NCBI GenBank assembly: GCA_963806875.1
Contig: CAWDYU010000003.1
Location: 364,881-428,880 of the forward strand
From: an uncultured Gemmatimonadales bacterium
GTDB lineage: Bacteria > Gemmatimonadota > Gemmatimonadetes > Gemmatimonadales > GWC2-71-9
Direction of reading: 5' to 3'
Length of the DNA stretch: 64,000 nt
Below the pieces are notes generated by a model. It was not told where the DNA came from, made no database searches, and saw nothing but the letters and a program-made list of their open reading frames with translations. Position numbers and translations under genes: made by a program. Below are positions 22,036 to 32,112 of this stretch, piece after piece; the stretch's first letter is position 1; every line of letters starts with the position of its first letter.

Positions 22036-22683
22036 ATGCGTTGTTCCATCTCGCTCGGGGCGCTCGCCCTCGCCCTCATCGCGGTTCCCCTCGCCCCGGC
22101 TGCCGCGCAATCGGCGCAGTACGGAGTCGCCGGCGGCGTGTCCTTCGCAACGTTGACGGGTGACCTGGTCGATGACACTGACACCTATACCACCTTCATC
22201 GCCGGCGCCTTCGCCCGTTTCGACATGTCAGGCTTCTCGATCGAGCCCGGGATCTACTACACCGGCAAGGGCGCCAAGGTCGACGTGGATGACGGCGTGT
22301 CCGCGACCAACAAGCTCACGTACGCCCAGATTCCGGTGCTCCTGAAAGTGGGATTCCCGATGGGCAACACAGCCCGCATCTACCTCGGCGCCGGTCCGGC
22401 ATTGGGCTTCAAGCTGAGCTGCAAGCTCAAGGCATCGGGCGGCGGCGTCAGTGCATCGACGGACTGCGAGGATCTTGAGGACGAAGAAGGCAACGGGCTC
22501 GCGGCGAAGTCTACCGAGTTCAGCGGGATCGGCGTGGCGGGAGTCGAGTTCGGCAAGTTTGCTGTCGGCGTTCGCGCCGATTTCGGACTCACCAACGTGT
22601 ACGAAGGGTCGGTCGACGGCATCAACCTGGAACCGAACATCAAGACCCGGACCATTTCGCTGATCGGCTCGATCCGCCTGTAG
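22036..22683 (+). CDS. small outer-membrane beta-barrel (porin family) protein
   Basis: GGAG RBS, signal peptide AAA-Q, YYTGKG, LTYAQIPVLLK, YLGAGP, amphipathic strands. Confidence 0.8.
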   Translation: MRCSISLGALALALIAVPLAPAAAQSAQYGVAGGVSFATLTGDLVDDTDTYTTFIAGAFARFDMSGFSIEPGIYYTGKGAKVDVDDGVSATNKLTYAQIPVLLKVGFPMGNTARIYLGAGPALGFKLSCKLKASGGGVSASTDCEDLEDEEGNGLAAKSTEFSGIGVAGVEFGKFAVGVRADFGLTNVYEGSVDGINLEPNIKTRTISLIGSIRL

Positions 22684-22690
22684 CGGCTCG

Positions 22691-22722
22691 CGCTGGAGGT
22701 CGTGTCCGCACGGCCTCCAGCG
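22691..22722. terminator. GC-rich hairpin between convergent genes
   Basis: CGCTGGAGGTCGTG-tccg-CACGGCCTCCAGCG, 14-bp stem, no U-tract. Confidence 0.6.
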
Positions 22723-22729
22723 TCCCGGC

Positions 22730-23827
22730 TCAGCGCGAAGCCACCGCGTCGAGCACCCTGACGTAACCGTCGATCATCCGCTCCATCGGGAACATGGTAC
22801 GCACCCGCTCCTGCGCCATCGTACCCAGCGACACCCGACTGGCGGGGTCGCGCAGCAATCCTGTGATGGCGACAGCCATCGCATCGGCGTCCCGCGGCGG
22901 GACAAGCACTCCTGCATCACCCAGCACTTCAGGCGTGCCCCACGAATCGACTGCAATGATCGCCTTCCCCGCCACCATCGCCTCGGCCACCACATTCGGG
23001 AAGATCTCGCGCTCCGATGGATGCACGACCACATCGGCAAGGTGATATGCCGCGCGCATTCCCGTCGCATCGAGCATCCCGGTAAACGACACCGGCACAC
23101 CGAGCGATCTCGCCTCGCCCGCGATCCGCTCGGCGTCTCCCCCGGTTCCGCACAACACCAGCGAAAAGGCGTCGTCTGCCCCGCGGGTGCGCTGCACCGC
23201 CTCGAGGAGCACGTCGTGCCCCTTGCGACTTGCCAGCATGGCGCCACAAAGGACGACCGGGCGTCCCGGCTCGAGGCCCAGGCGCTGCCGCAGCTCGATC
23301 ACCGCCGCATCGTTCGCGGCATCGTCGTGAACTTCATAGCCATTTGCGATGAGCCAACGCGGATGGTCCTGCAGCGACGGATAGGCCGACAGAAATTCGT
23401 CCCGAATCGCCCGACTCTGGAAGACGCACCCTGCGCCGCGACGCAGGTACACCCGTTCCACCAACCCCGTATGCGCTGCTCGGTACGACAGGTTGTATCG
23501 GTAGACCACGGGAGTGCGACGGAACAGTCGCGCCAGCACCGCCACCCGGTAGTCACGCGGCGTGTCCGCAATGACCACCGACGCATCGACGGCCGCAAGT
23601 TGTCGGGCGAGCGACATCGCGGCACCCAGGCCTGTCGACGCGAAGTGAACGATGCCGACACTCGCCCCGCATCCCTCGAACGGGTGGCGCAGCGCCTCAC
23701 CACCCACCAGGGCATGCACGCGCCACCCATTCGCCATCAGGCCGATGGCTATCTTCTGGTACGACGTGACGGAACCGCGCCACCCCGTCACCGACGTCAG
23801 CAGTACCACGGTTCGCGGTGAGGTCAT
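22730..23827 (-). CDS. glycosyltransferase family 4 (alternative start 23839)
   Basis: IANG, RKGH, HPSEREIFPNVVAEAM, GTPEV. Confidence 0.88.
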   Translation of the reverse strand: MTSPRTVVLLTSVTGWRGSVTSYQKIAIGLMANGWRVHALVGGEALRHPFEGCGASVGIVHFASTGLGAAMSLARQLAAVDASVVIADTPRDYRVAVLARLFRRTPVVYRYNLSYRAAHTGLVERVYLRRGAGCVFQSRAIRDEFLSAYPSLQDHPRWLIANGYEVHDDAANDAAVIELRQRLGLEPGRPVVLCGAMLASRKGHDVLLEAVQRTRGADDAFSLVLCGTGGDAERIAGEARSLGVPVSFTGMLDATGMRAAYHLADVVVHPSEREIFPNVVAEAMVAGKAIIAVDSWGTPEVLGDAGVLVPPRDADAMAVAITGLLRDPASRVSLGTMAQERVRTMFPMERMIDGYVRVLDAVASR

Positions 23828-23829
23828 AG

Positions 23830-24819
23830 CTGAAGCCATCGCAGCACGGGGCGTCGCCCTACCAGCGCATTGCCATCGTGGGGGCCGATGCGCCGCATCG
23901 CTCCGAAGCGCAGATCGCCCGGGCGGCACGTCGTCTGGGTGCCACCGCCAGGGTGTTCGATGTACTCGGCAACACCCGCAGGTTCGGGACGCTGGGTGCC
24001 ACGATGATGGCGCACCAGATCTCGGCCTTCGACCCGGACTTCATTCTCTGCACCCGCCACGCCATCCGACTCGGCGCACACCGGCTCCGCGCGCTTGTGC
24101 GAGGACGTCGTTCGGTATTCTGGTTCTTCGACGCGGTCGAGCACGCCGGGGTGGTCGAGGTTGGCCAGATCTGTGACGTGATGTACACCACCTATGCAAA
24201 CCAGCGGGAAGTGTGGCGATCGCGAGGCGTGCCGGAGGTTCGATTCCTGCCCCAGGCGCTGGATCCTGACACGGAGCGACCGGCCAGCAAGCTTCGCCCT
24301 GGCGACATCTGCGAGGCAAGTTTCGTCGGTTCTGGTCCGTACCCCCATCGCTGGCCACTGCTGTCGGCTGTCGCGGCAGTGTGCGACCTGCAGGTGCGGG
24401 GCCCGGGATGGAACATCGCGCCGCCGACGATCCCGGTTCGGGGCGGCCGAGTCGTCGGCACCCGCTTCGCGGAAGTGGTCGGCGCAGCCGCGGTTTCGCT
24501 GGGAGCGAACGCGGTGCCCGCCCAGGACGGCGAACTCGCATCGGCGTCCGACCGGATGTGGAAGGTGATGGGTTGCGGCGGTGCCTACGTGGGACCGTGG
24601 GTGCCGGGAATCGAGATGTACGCGCGGGACCGGGAGCATTGTCGCTGGTTCCACAGCAACGATGAATGCGTGGCCATCGTCCTCGACCTGCTCGCTCATC
24701 CCGCCGAACGCCGTGCGATGGCTGCACGAGGCCATGCGCATGCGATGCAGTGCCATACCTATGACGCGCGTCTCGAATTGTTGTTCGCCGATCGGGAAAT
24801 GCCGCTTCCGTCGGGTTGA
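23830..24819 (+). CDS. CgeB-like glycosyltransferase (Glyco_trans_1_2); start CTG 23830 or GTG 23878
   Basis: RIAIVG, WFFD, LPQALDP, FVGS, GPGW, SDRMWKVMGCGG, HTYDARL. Confidence 0.8.
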   Translation: MKPSQHGASPYQRIAIVGADAPHRSEAQIARAARRLGATARVFDVLGNTRRFGTLGATMMAHQISAFDPDFILCTRHAIRLGAHRLRALVRGRRSVFWFFDAVEHAGVVEVGQICDVMYTTYANQREVWRSRGVPEVRFLPQALDPDTERPASKLRPGDICEASFVGSGPYPHRWPLLSAVAAVCDLQVRGPGWNIAPPTIPVRGGRVVGTRFAEVVGAAAVSLGANAVPAQDGELASASDRMWKVMGCGGAYVGPWVPGIEMYARDREHCRWFHSNDECVAIVLDLLAHPAERRAMAARGHAHAMQCHTYDARLELLFADREMPLPSG

Positions 24820-24867
24820 TCGAAATGCGCTCACAGCCACCTCAACACTGACGCGGCGAGAGATCGG

Positions 24868-25728
24868 TCACAGGAGCACGTAGTTGCGGTATTCGAATGG
24901 GCGCCACCCGGTGACCCGCTCGATCAGCGCCGATGTTGCAAGGCCGAAATGATGCGCCTCCCACCGGAACGGTGCGACGAGCTGCTCCCCGCTGGCGCGC
25001 TCCGCGATCCAATCGGACACGACAGTTGGATGGGAGCCGCGAAATCGGCGGATACCGGGGATCCACGGGAGGAGTGGCCGCGCGGCGTCCTGACCGCGGC
25101 GCCACGGGTAGATCTCGAGGTCCTCACGCCGCTTTGCGGCGAGCGCCCATGCCGGCCGGGCCCACCCGTAGTGGTGCATCACCGCGCCGGAACGGGCACA
25201 GCGAATCCGTCGATCGGCCGCCCCCACGCGAAAACCCTGGGCATCGCGGAACGAATGCGCTTCATGCGCGGCACCCAGCCGTAGCGCCCGGGTCTCGCGC
25301 CGATACCATGTGCGGTTGGTGGCCGTGGTATCGAACCCGCCATAAAAATGCGCGTAGTCAACCACGAGTCCCTCGACGCGGGAATCCGCATCGTGCATCG
25401 CGATCGCGGCGGCGATCCTCGCGGCTCCACCATCTTCCAGCACCTCGTCCGCCTGGATGTAGATGCCCCATGGATGGGTGCATAGGGCGCGGGCGCGATC
25501 GGTCTCATGGGCCAGCATCGCAGGCCCCTGGCTGCGGTCCCAGGTGCACTCGATGATCCGGATCCTGGGATCGTTGATCGCGCGAATCCGCTCGAGGGTG
25601 TCATCTTCCGACACGCCGACGTTGACGACAAATTCGTCCACCGCTGGCAGGACCGAACGGATGCTCGCCTCGATCGGAAAATCGAGCATGGTCGCGTTAC
25701 GAACGATGGTGAAGCCGGAAATCGCCAC
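24868..25728 (-). CDS. glycosyltransferase family 2-like protein
   Basis: ISGFTIVRNA, SEDDT, YIQADE, HFYG, HHYGWAR. Confidence 0.85.
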   Translation of the reverse strand: MAISGFTIVRNATMLDFPIEASIRSVLPAVDEFVVNVGVSEDDTLERIRAINDPRIRIIECTWDRSQGPAMLAHETDRARALCTHPWGIYIQADEVLEDGGAARIAAAIAMHDADSRVEGLVVDYAHFYGGFDTTATNRTWYRRETRALRLGAAHEAHSFRDAQGFRVGAADRRIRCARSGAVMHHYGWARPAWALAAKRREDLEIYPWRRGQDAARPLLPWIPGIRRFRGSHPTVVSDWIAERASGEQLVAPFRWEAHHFGLATSALIERVTGWRPFEYRNYVLL

Positions 25729-25779
25729 CTTGCCTCGCTGGCCGTTCGGGTCGGCCCAAACTCAACCCACGGATGCCAG

Positions 25780-26700
25780 ATGGCAAGCACGCTCCATGTG
25801 CTGCTCTACTACCCGGCGCAGCTTCCGGTGCGCGACTACGGGGGGAGTGAGCGCGTGGTGGCCTGGCTCGCACGAGGGCTCGCCGAGCGAGGGGTGACGG
25901 TTTCGCTCGTCGCGTATCCGGGGACGATCGTGCCGGAGGCACGGTTGATCCCGATCGAGCCGGCGGTGGCCGAGCGCGCCGGTGGAGTCGATCTCACCAC
26001 ATACCTGCCACCTGGGGTCGACGTGGTGCATGCCCACGTCCCGGTGAAGCCGCTCCCCGCCGACGTCCCGTTCCTCTGGACCTTCCACGGCAACGCCAAG
26101 GCTGGCCGCATCCTCCCTGACACTGCCGTCGGTCTGTCGGCCGACCACGCGCAGCGTCACGGGCTCTCCCGCTGGGTGCACAACGGTCTCGATCCCGCTG
26201 AGTACAGCTTCACGCCCTCGACGCGTGGTGGCGACCTGTTTCTCGGTCGATTGCACAGCGTCAAGGGATGGCGCCTCGCGGTGACCGGTGCGCGCCATGC
26301 AGGCCGATCGATCACCGTCGCAGGCGGCTGGCGGCCTTCGCTGCGCCGCGGCCTACGGTTCGTCGGCCGGGTCGGAGGCGATCGAAAGCGCCAGCTGCTC
26401 GCCGATGCGGCATGCCTGTGGGCCCCGGCACAATGGGACGAACCGTTCGGGCTCACCTCCATCGAGGCGATGGTGAGCGGCACGCCGGTGCTCGGTACCA
26501 AGCGTGGTGCACTGCCGGAGATCATCACGCCGGGATCGGGTGCCATGGGTGACACCATCGACGAGCTCGTTGCATTGCGATCGGGACTCGACCAGCTGGA
26601 CCGGGCGGCAGTCAGGCAACATGTCCTCGACCACTTCACCCACGGGAGGATGGCGGAGGACTATCTGCGTCTTTATCGATCGTTGATTGACCGGTCGTGA
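25780..26700 (+). CDS. glycosyltransferase family 4
   Basis: YGGSERVV, HNGLD, FLGRLHSVKG, WDEPFGLTSIEAMVSGTPV. Confidence 0.9.
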   Translation: MASTLHVLLYYPAQLPVRDYGGSERVVAWLARGLAERGVTVSLVAYPGTIVPEARLIPIEPAVAERAGGVDLTTYLPPGVDVVHAHVPVKPLPADVPFLWTFHGNAKAGRILPDTAVGLSADHAQRHGLSRWVHNGLDPAEYSFTPSTRGGDLFLGRLHSVKGWRLAVTGARHAGRSITVAGGWRPSLRRGLRFVGRVGGDRKRQLLADAACLWAPAQWDEPFGLTSIEAMVSGTPVLGTKRGALPEIITPGSGAMGDTIDELVALRSGLDQLDRAAVRQHVLDHFTHGRMAEDYLRLYRSLIDRS

Positions 26701-26713
26701 GTCTACGACCGGT

Positions 26714-27700
26714 TCAACGAGAGGCCAGCGGCCTCGGCTGATCGAGGATGAGGTGTCGGAGCCGATGCATGTAGGTGTGGTCCTGCAGCAGTCGAGCGCG
26801 GGCCCCCTGTCCGAGGCGCTCGGCTTCATGGGGATCCTCGAGCAACCGGCGAACGATTTGGCGCAGGTCACTGCCGCCCTGGAACACGGCCAGTTCACGG
26901 CCGACGGCGAACGAGCGGGCGATGTCGCCCCGATCGTCGACCACCTGCGCGACCCCCATCGAGGCGAGTTCGAAGAGGCGCTCGTTGCAGCTCGCCCCAC
27001 CGTCCATCCCCTCACCGATCACGTGATGGATGTTGATCGCGACCGACGCCCCCGCGTAGGCCCGCACATACTCCTCGGTGCTCGGCGCCTCGCCGCGGCA
27101 GTAGTCACGCAACGACGTCCGCCGCCACCCCGGTCCCCAGAGGGCGAGACCAAACTCGACGAGTTCCGACAACAGGCGCTCGCGGTGCGGCGTTGCGGTC
27201 CCGGCAAAAACGACGTTGGCACGGTACTGGTCACGGGTCCGGATCGGACGGTAGACCGATGGGTCGGCGGCGTGCGAGAGCACATCGACGGTGCGGCCCA
27301 GCCGCTCGGAAACTTCTGCGGCGACGTCGGTGCCCACAGCATAGATGTGATCGTATGCTCGCGCCTGCAGGGCGGCGGTGTCCACGGTGCGCATGTCATC
27401 GGTCATCCACGTGATCCATCGCGCCCGCGAAAGTGCACGAAGCCGATCCACCTGCTCCTCCCCGAGCAGGTTGCTGCCGCACACCAGTACGAGTTCCGGA
27501 TCTGCGTCGATGAGCGTGCGCTCGAGCCGCTTCGCCTGGTCTCCCGACCTGAACCGTTCCAGCAGTGAGGGCTTCGCGAGCAGGTCGAACGTCGTCACCC
27601 TGGCGCCAAGGCGCTCGAGTGCACGCCGGCGCTGCAACGAGTGCGCGTGTGCCGCGTCGTCAAAGCGGGCGATGAACAGGACCGGCCTGTCGGTCATCAT
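26714..27700 (-). CDS. CgeB-like glycosyltransferase
   Basis: WMTDD, HAADP, VFAG, WGPGW, INIH, NERLFELASMG, HTYMHRL. Confidence 0.85.
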   Translation of the reverse strand: MMTDRPVLFIARFDDAAHAHSLQRRRALERLGARVTTFDLLAKPSLLERFRSGDQAKRLERTLIDADPELVLVCGSNLLGEEQVDRLRALSRARWITWMTDDMRTVDTAALQARAYDHIYAVGTDVAAEVSERLGRTVDVLSHAADPSVYRPIRTRDQYRANVVFAGTATPHRERLLSELVEFGLALWGPGWRRTSLRDYCRGEAPSTEEYVRAYAGASVAINIHHVIGEGMDGGASCNERLFELASMGVAQVVDDRGDIARSFAVGRELAVFQGGSDLRQIVRRLLEDPHEAERLGQGARARLLQDHTYMHRLRHLILDQPRPLASR

Positions 27701-29515
27701 GAAATCACCTCGGCGGCCGAGAACTGGAGATCATGAAGTCGACGATAGAGTCCTCCTCGTGCGAGCAATTCGGCGTGCGGACCCGATTCGACCGCCTGCC
27801 CCGACTCAAGGACGACGATCCGATCGGCGTCCCGCACAGTGGCGAGACGGTGCGCGATCACGAGCACGGTGCGGTCGCGCATGAGTCGATCAATGGCTTC
27901 CTGGACGAGACGTTCCGACTCCGTATCGAGGGCGCTGGTGGCCTCATCAAGAATCAGTATCGGCGCGTCGCGCAGGAGTGCCCTGGCAATCGCGATCCGT
28001 TGGCGCTGACCACCGGAGAGCCTGGTCCCCCGCTCTCCCAGGGTCGTGTGATAGCCATCGCCCAGCTGAACGATGAACTCGTGGGCGTTGGCGGCCCTGG
28101 CGGCTTCCTCGATCGCGCTGTCGCTCGCTGCCGGGGCACCGTAGGCAATGTTGGCCCGGACCGTGTCGTGAAGGAGGACGGTATCCTGGCTCACCACCGC
28201 GATGAGCCCTCGCAGCGACGACCGCGACAGGGACGGCAGCGGAACGCCATCGAGAAACACCGTGCCCTGCTGGGGATCGTGGAACCGCGGCACCAGTTCC
28301 AGCATCGTCGTCTTCCCCGCGCCGCTCGGTCCGACCAGCGCCACCACTTCGCCCTTGCGGATCGTCAGCGATACGTCGACAAGGACCGGTACCGCCGGAT
28401 CATAACCGAACGTGACGTGGTCGAACCGGATCTCCCTCTCGAACACCGCCGCAGTCGCTCCGGGAACATCGGACTCGGTGTCGGGCAGGTCGAGCAGGGC
28501 AAACACGCGTTCGGCGCTGGCCTCGCTGATCGCGAGCTGTGCCGGAAACTGGGTGATGGACTTGACCGGCGACATCATCCTGAGCGCGGCCACCAGGAAC
28601 ACGAGGGTGGTCGGGGCATCCATGATCACGCCGGAGAGCTCGCGGTTGCTCGCCGCCCACATGATCAGCATGATCATCGCGCCACCGAACAGTTCGCTCA
28701 CCGGCGACGTCATCAGCGCGTACCGTTGCGTACGGATGAATCCCTTGCGGTAGCGCTCGGCCTGCGCATCGAATGCCCTGCCTTCGTTCTCCTCCGCACC
28801 GAACGCGCGGATGAGCTTCATCGCGCCGAGCCGCTCGGTCACCGTCGAGGTGAGTTCACCCCGCTCGTGCACGAACGCCCGCGAGTACCGCTTGAGACGC
28901 TTCAGCAGCAACTGGATGCCGATCACGAGTATGGGGGCCAGCAGCAGCACCATGAGGGTGAGGCGTACCGACGCGAGCATCATCACTGTCACGTAGGTGG
29001 CGATCAGCACCAGGTTCTGGAAGAACGCTGCCGCAGCAGCGACCACGACCAGCTTGACCTGGTCGGTGTCACTCACGATTCCCGCCGCCAGCTGTCCGCC
29101 ACGGGTGCGCTGGAAGACCGTGAGGTCGAGACGGAGCAGGTGCCGGTAGAGCCGCTGCCGGAGGTCGCGAACCAGCCCCTCCTGCACCAGCACAGAGACA
29201 GTACGCCGCGACGTAACTCGCGATGTTCTTCACCAGCAACGCGCCCAGGAAGAGGAGCACGAGGTTGCGCGTGACGGGCGCACCGGCACCGGTGAATGGG
29301 TCGAGGATCACCGACAGCCATCGATCGAGTGCGGTGTTGCTTCGCGCGAGCGCGCCCTCCTCACCGAAGAGGTGGGTCAGCAACGGGTTCAGGAAGACGA
29401 TTGCCAGACCATCCACGACCGAGGCCACGAGTGCCGCGCCGAGTCCGACCGAGAACAGCCCAGCGCGTGGCCTGAGGAGGGAAAAGAGCCGGCGCCGGAC
29501 CCCGGGCCGGGTCAG
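27697..29515 (-). CDS. msbA: MsbA-like ABC exporter (TMD plus NBD), frameshift near 29195; probable CTG start
   Basis: TM domain, GPSGAGKT, LSGGQRQRIAIARA, ILILDEATSALD, IAHRL; lies in an LPS glycosyltransferase cluster. Confidence 0.8.
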
Positions 29516-31077
29516 GCGTGCCTCGGCGTCAACAATGCCACCGGCAGCACCACTTCCTCGGGGGACACTCCGCCGTGGAGAAACGCTCCGCGGTACCGGG
29601 CCTGGTACTCCCTGAGCTTGGTGGGATACACGAAAAAATGATCGTCGGTGGCCAGCACCATGCGCGCCTGCCCGCCGCGTGGCGGCAGGCCCCACGCAGC
29701 GAGATCGTCGACGACGATTGCCGCATTGTCCTTCTCCACTCGCAGGTCCTCTCCGAACTTGAATCGCAAGCTCTGGGTGGCATCGCGCCGTGCGAAGATC
29801 GTTGCCGGACTATGACAATGAATCGACCCATGGTCGGTGGTGAGGATCACCGGCACGCGACGGCGCTCGGCCTCCTTCAGCGCATCAAACAGCGCCGATC
29901 GCTCGAACCACGTGCGGGTGAGTGACCGGAGCGCTGGCGCGTCGCGCGCGACCTCATAGAGCGCCTCGTTCTCGGTTCGCCCGTGAGTCAGCTGGTCGAT
30001 GAAGTTGAAGACCAGCGCGGTGACGCCGTCGCGGGCGAGGTGGCTGGGCAGGCGGCGCATCATGTGCTCACCGTCGGACGCGCTGACGATCTTTTCGTAG
30101 CGCACCTCGACGTCGCGCCCGGTCAGCTCGCGCAGTTGCTCGACGAGGAGTTCTCCCTCGTGCGCGTTGAGCGAGGTGTCCTCCTCCTCGTTCCACCAGT
30201 TCGGGTGCCGCACCAGCAGTTCGTTGGGGTACAGGCCCGAGAAGATCGCATTCCGGCTGTACGGTGTAGCGGTCGGCACGATGGAGAAATAGTGGTCGAC
30301 CTCGACATCGAAATACTGCTCGACCAACGGACGGATCACGGTCCACTGGTCGAGCCGGAGGCAATCCACCACCACCAGCATGACGCGCGCGTGCGCGTCG
30401 AGCACCGGGCGCACGAATTCGGAGACGACGTCCACCGACAGCGGAGGGCGGTCTACACCACCTTCGGCGAGCCAACCCGGGTAGTTGCGCTCGAGAAATC
30501 GTGCGAAGTCGAGCCGCACCGAACTCTGCAGGGTGCGCAATGCCTCCTGCAGGCCGGGCTCGTTCCCCTGGCCGAGCCGCACTTCCCAGTCGGCCAGCTC
30601 GGCCACCAGCTCGATCCATTCGCGCCACGCCAGCACTGCTCCACGGCGGGACTCCAGCTCCCGGAACCGCGTCACGAAATCACGTGACAGGCGTTGCTGC
30701 CGAATCCGGTCCCCCTCCAGAAGACGGGTAATGACCGACAGCACCTGCCGAGGGCTGACCGGCTTGATGAGATAATCGGCGATCTCGACCCCGATCGCAT
30801 CCCGGAGGGTGTCGGGTTCCTCGCTCTTGGTCACCATCACCACCGGCAACGAACTGTCGACGGCCCGGAGCATCGGCACCAGGTCGAGACCGCGAGTTCC
30901 CGGCATCTGTTCGTCGAGGAGGATCACCCCATACGACTGGCGCCGGAGCATGGCGAGGGCATCCTCGCCGTTGGCGGCTCGCTCTACCGTGAACCCCTGC
31001 TGCTCGAGAAAGAGCACCTGGGAATCGAGGGTATCGATCTCATCGTCAATCCAGAGGATACTGCGCGGTCTGGCCAT
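29512..31077 (-). CDS. PorX-like response regulator (receiver plus PglZ/alkaline-phosphatase-superfamily domain)
   Basis: ILWIDDE, LLDEQMPG, TKSEE, IKP; VVDCLRLDQW, PTATPYSRNAIFSG, NFIDQLTH, TTDHG, FLHGGVS. Confidence 0.9.
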   Translation of the reverse strand: MARPRSILWIDDEIDTLDSQVLFLEQQGFTVERAANGEDALAMLRRQSYGVILLDEQMPGTRGLDLVPMLRAVDSSLPVVMVTKSEEPDTLRDAIGVEIADYLIKPVSPRQVLSVITRLLEGDRIRQQRLSRDFVTRFRELESRRGAVLAWREWIELVAELADWEVRLGQGNEPGLQEALRTLQSSVRLDFARFLERNYPGWLAEGGVDRPPLSVDVVSEFVRPVLDAHARVMLVVVDCLRLDQWTVIRPLVEQYFDVEVDHYFSIVPTATPYSRNAIFSGLYPNELLVRHPNWWNEEEDTSLNAHEGELLVEQLRELTGRDVEVRYEKIVSASDGEHMMRRLPSHLARDGVTALVFNFIDQLTHGRTENEALYEVARDAPALRSLTRTWFERSALFDALKEAERRRVPVILTTDHGSIHCHSPATIFARRDATQSLRFKFGEDLRVEKDNAAIVVDDLAAWGLPPRGGQARMVLATDDHFFVYPTKLREYQARYRGAFLHGGVSPEEVVLPVALLTPRHA

Positions 31078-31082
31078 GGAGG

Positions 31083-31092
31083 AAAGTAGATT
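31083..31092. promoter_or_regulatory. overlapping divergent -10 elements (bidirectional promoter)
   Basis: AAAGTAGATT: TAGATT on plus lies 6 nt before GTG 31099; TACTTT on minus lies 5 nt before ATG 31077. Confidence 0.55.
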
Positions 31093-31098
31093 CGATCC

Positions 31099-32112
31099 GT
31101 GTCCGGTGACATCCCTCGCATTCTCATCGTCCGGTTCTCGTCGATCGGCGACATCCTCCTCACCACACCGCTGGTGCGCGCGCTTCGCGCCCGGCACCCA
31201 GCCGCCCAGATCACCTATGTGGTCCGTGCCGACATGGCGGACACGCTGCGGCACAACCCCCGAATCTCCGAACTGGTGGCGTGGGATCGTTCGACACCAC
31301 TCTCGAAGCTCGCCGCCCGGCTCCGCGAAACCGACTGGACCCACCGTCTCGACCTTCACGGATCGCTCCGGGCGATGGCATTGCGTCAACTGCTTGGCGG
31401 TCGCTGGACCGGATTTCCCAAGCACCGACTTCGCCGTACCCTGCTCATTCGCACGGGCCGACGTCGCGGCGGCCATCTGGGGCACGTGGCCGATCGGTAC
31501 TTCGCTGCGGCTCGGGGCCTCGACGTAGAGCCGGACGGGCGGGGCGCGGAGTTCTTCTTCCCGGCCCAGGCACAGCAGCGGGCCGACGAGTTCCTTGTCC
31601 AGCACGGCCTTGGTCAGGCACGCACCCTGATTGCCGTGGCCCCGGGGGCGGCCCATGCCACCAAGCGCTGGCCGCTGGCGCACTGGGAGGCGCTCGTGCG
31701 GCGGGCGCGAGCGGCAAGCGACATCGTCGTCGTAGGAGGCCCTGGGGAGGAATCGCTCGGCGAGGCGCTGGTGGCGGCCGGCGGAGGGGCAGTTGCCAAC
31801 GCCGCCGGTCGATTCGACCTGATGGGCACCGCCGCACTGCTGAAGCGTGCTCGCGTGATGGCTGGCGGTGACACCGGCGTCATGCACCTCGCAACGGCCG
31901 TGGGAACACCGGTCGTCGCGCTCTACGGCCCGGGGGTCGAGGAGTTCGGTTTCTTCCCGTACCAGGCGCGTTCGGTGGTGCTGCAGAAACCGCTCACCTG
32001 CCGCCCGTGCAGCTCGCACGGCGGGCCGGTCTGCCCGCTGGGCCACCATCGGTGCCTGGTCGACATCCTGCCCGAGGATGTGGCGGCGGCACTAGTGGCT
32101 GCCCCCCGATGA
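31099..32112 (+). CDS. GT9 LPS heptosyltransferase (WaaF-like)
   Basis: ILIVRFSSIGDILLTTP, DLH, APGAAHATKRWP, GDTGVMHLATAVGTPVVALYGP. Confidence 0.92.
   Translation: MSGDIPRILIVRFSSIGDILLTTPLVRALRARHPAAQITYVVRADMADTLRHNPRISELVAWDRSTPLSKLAARLRETDWTHRLDLHGSLRAMALRQLLGGRWTGFPKHRLRRTLLIRTGRRRGGHLGHVADRYFAAARGLDVEPDGRGAEFFFPAQAQQRADEFLVQHGLGQARTLIAVAPGAAHATKRWPLAHWEALVRRARAASDIVVVGGPGEESLGEALVAAGGGAVANAAGRFDLMGTAALLKRARVMAGGDTGVMHLATAVGTPVVALYGPGVEEFGFFPYQARSVVLQKPLTCRPCSSHGGPVCPLGHHRCLVDILPEDVAAALVAAPR

Noticed and set aside
29512-31077. PglZ domain as part of a BREX/Pgl phage-defence system
   Set aside because: It is fused to a receiver domain in the PorX architecture, and no brxC, pglX or brxL gene is present in the window.
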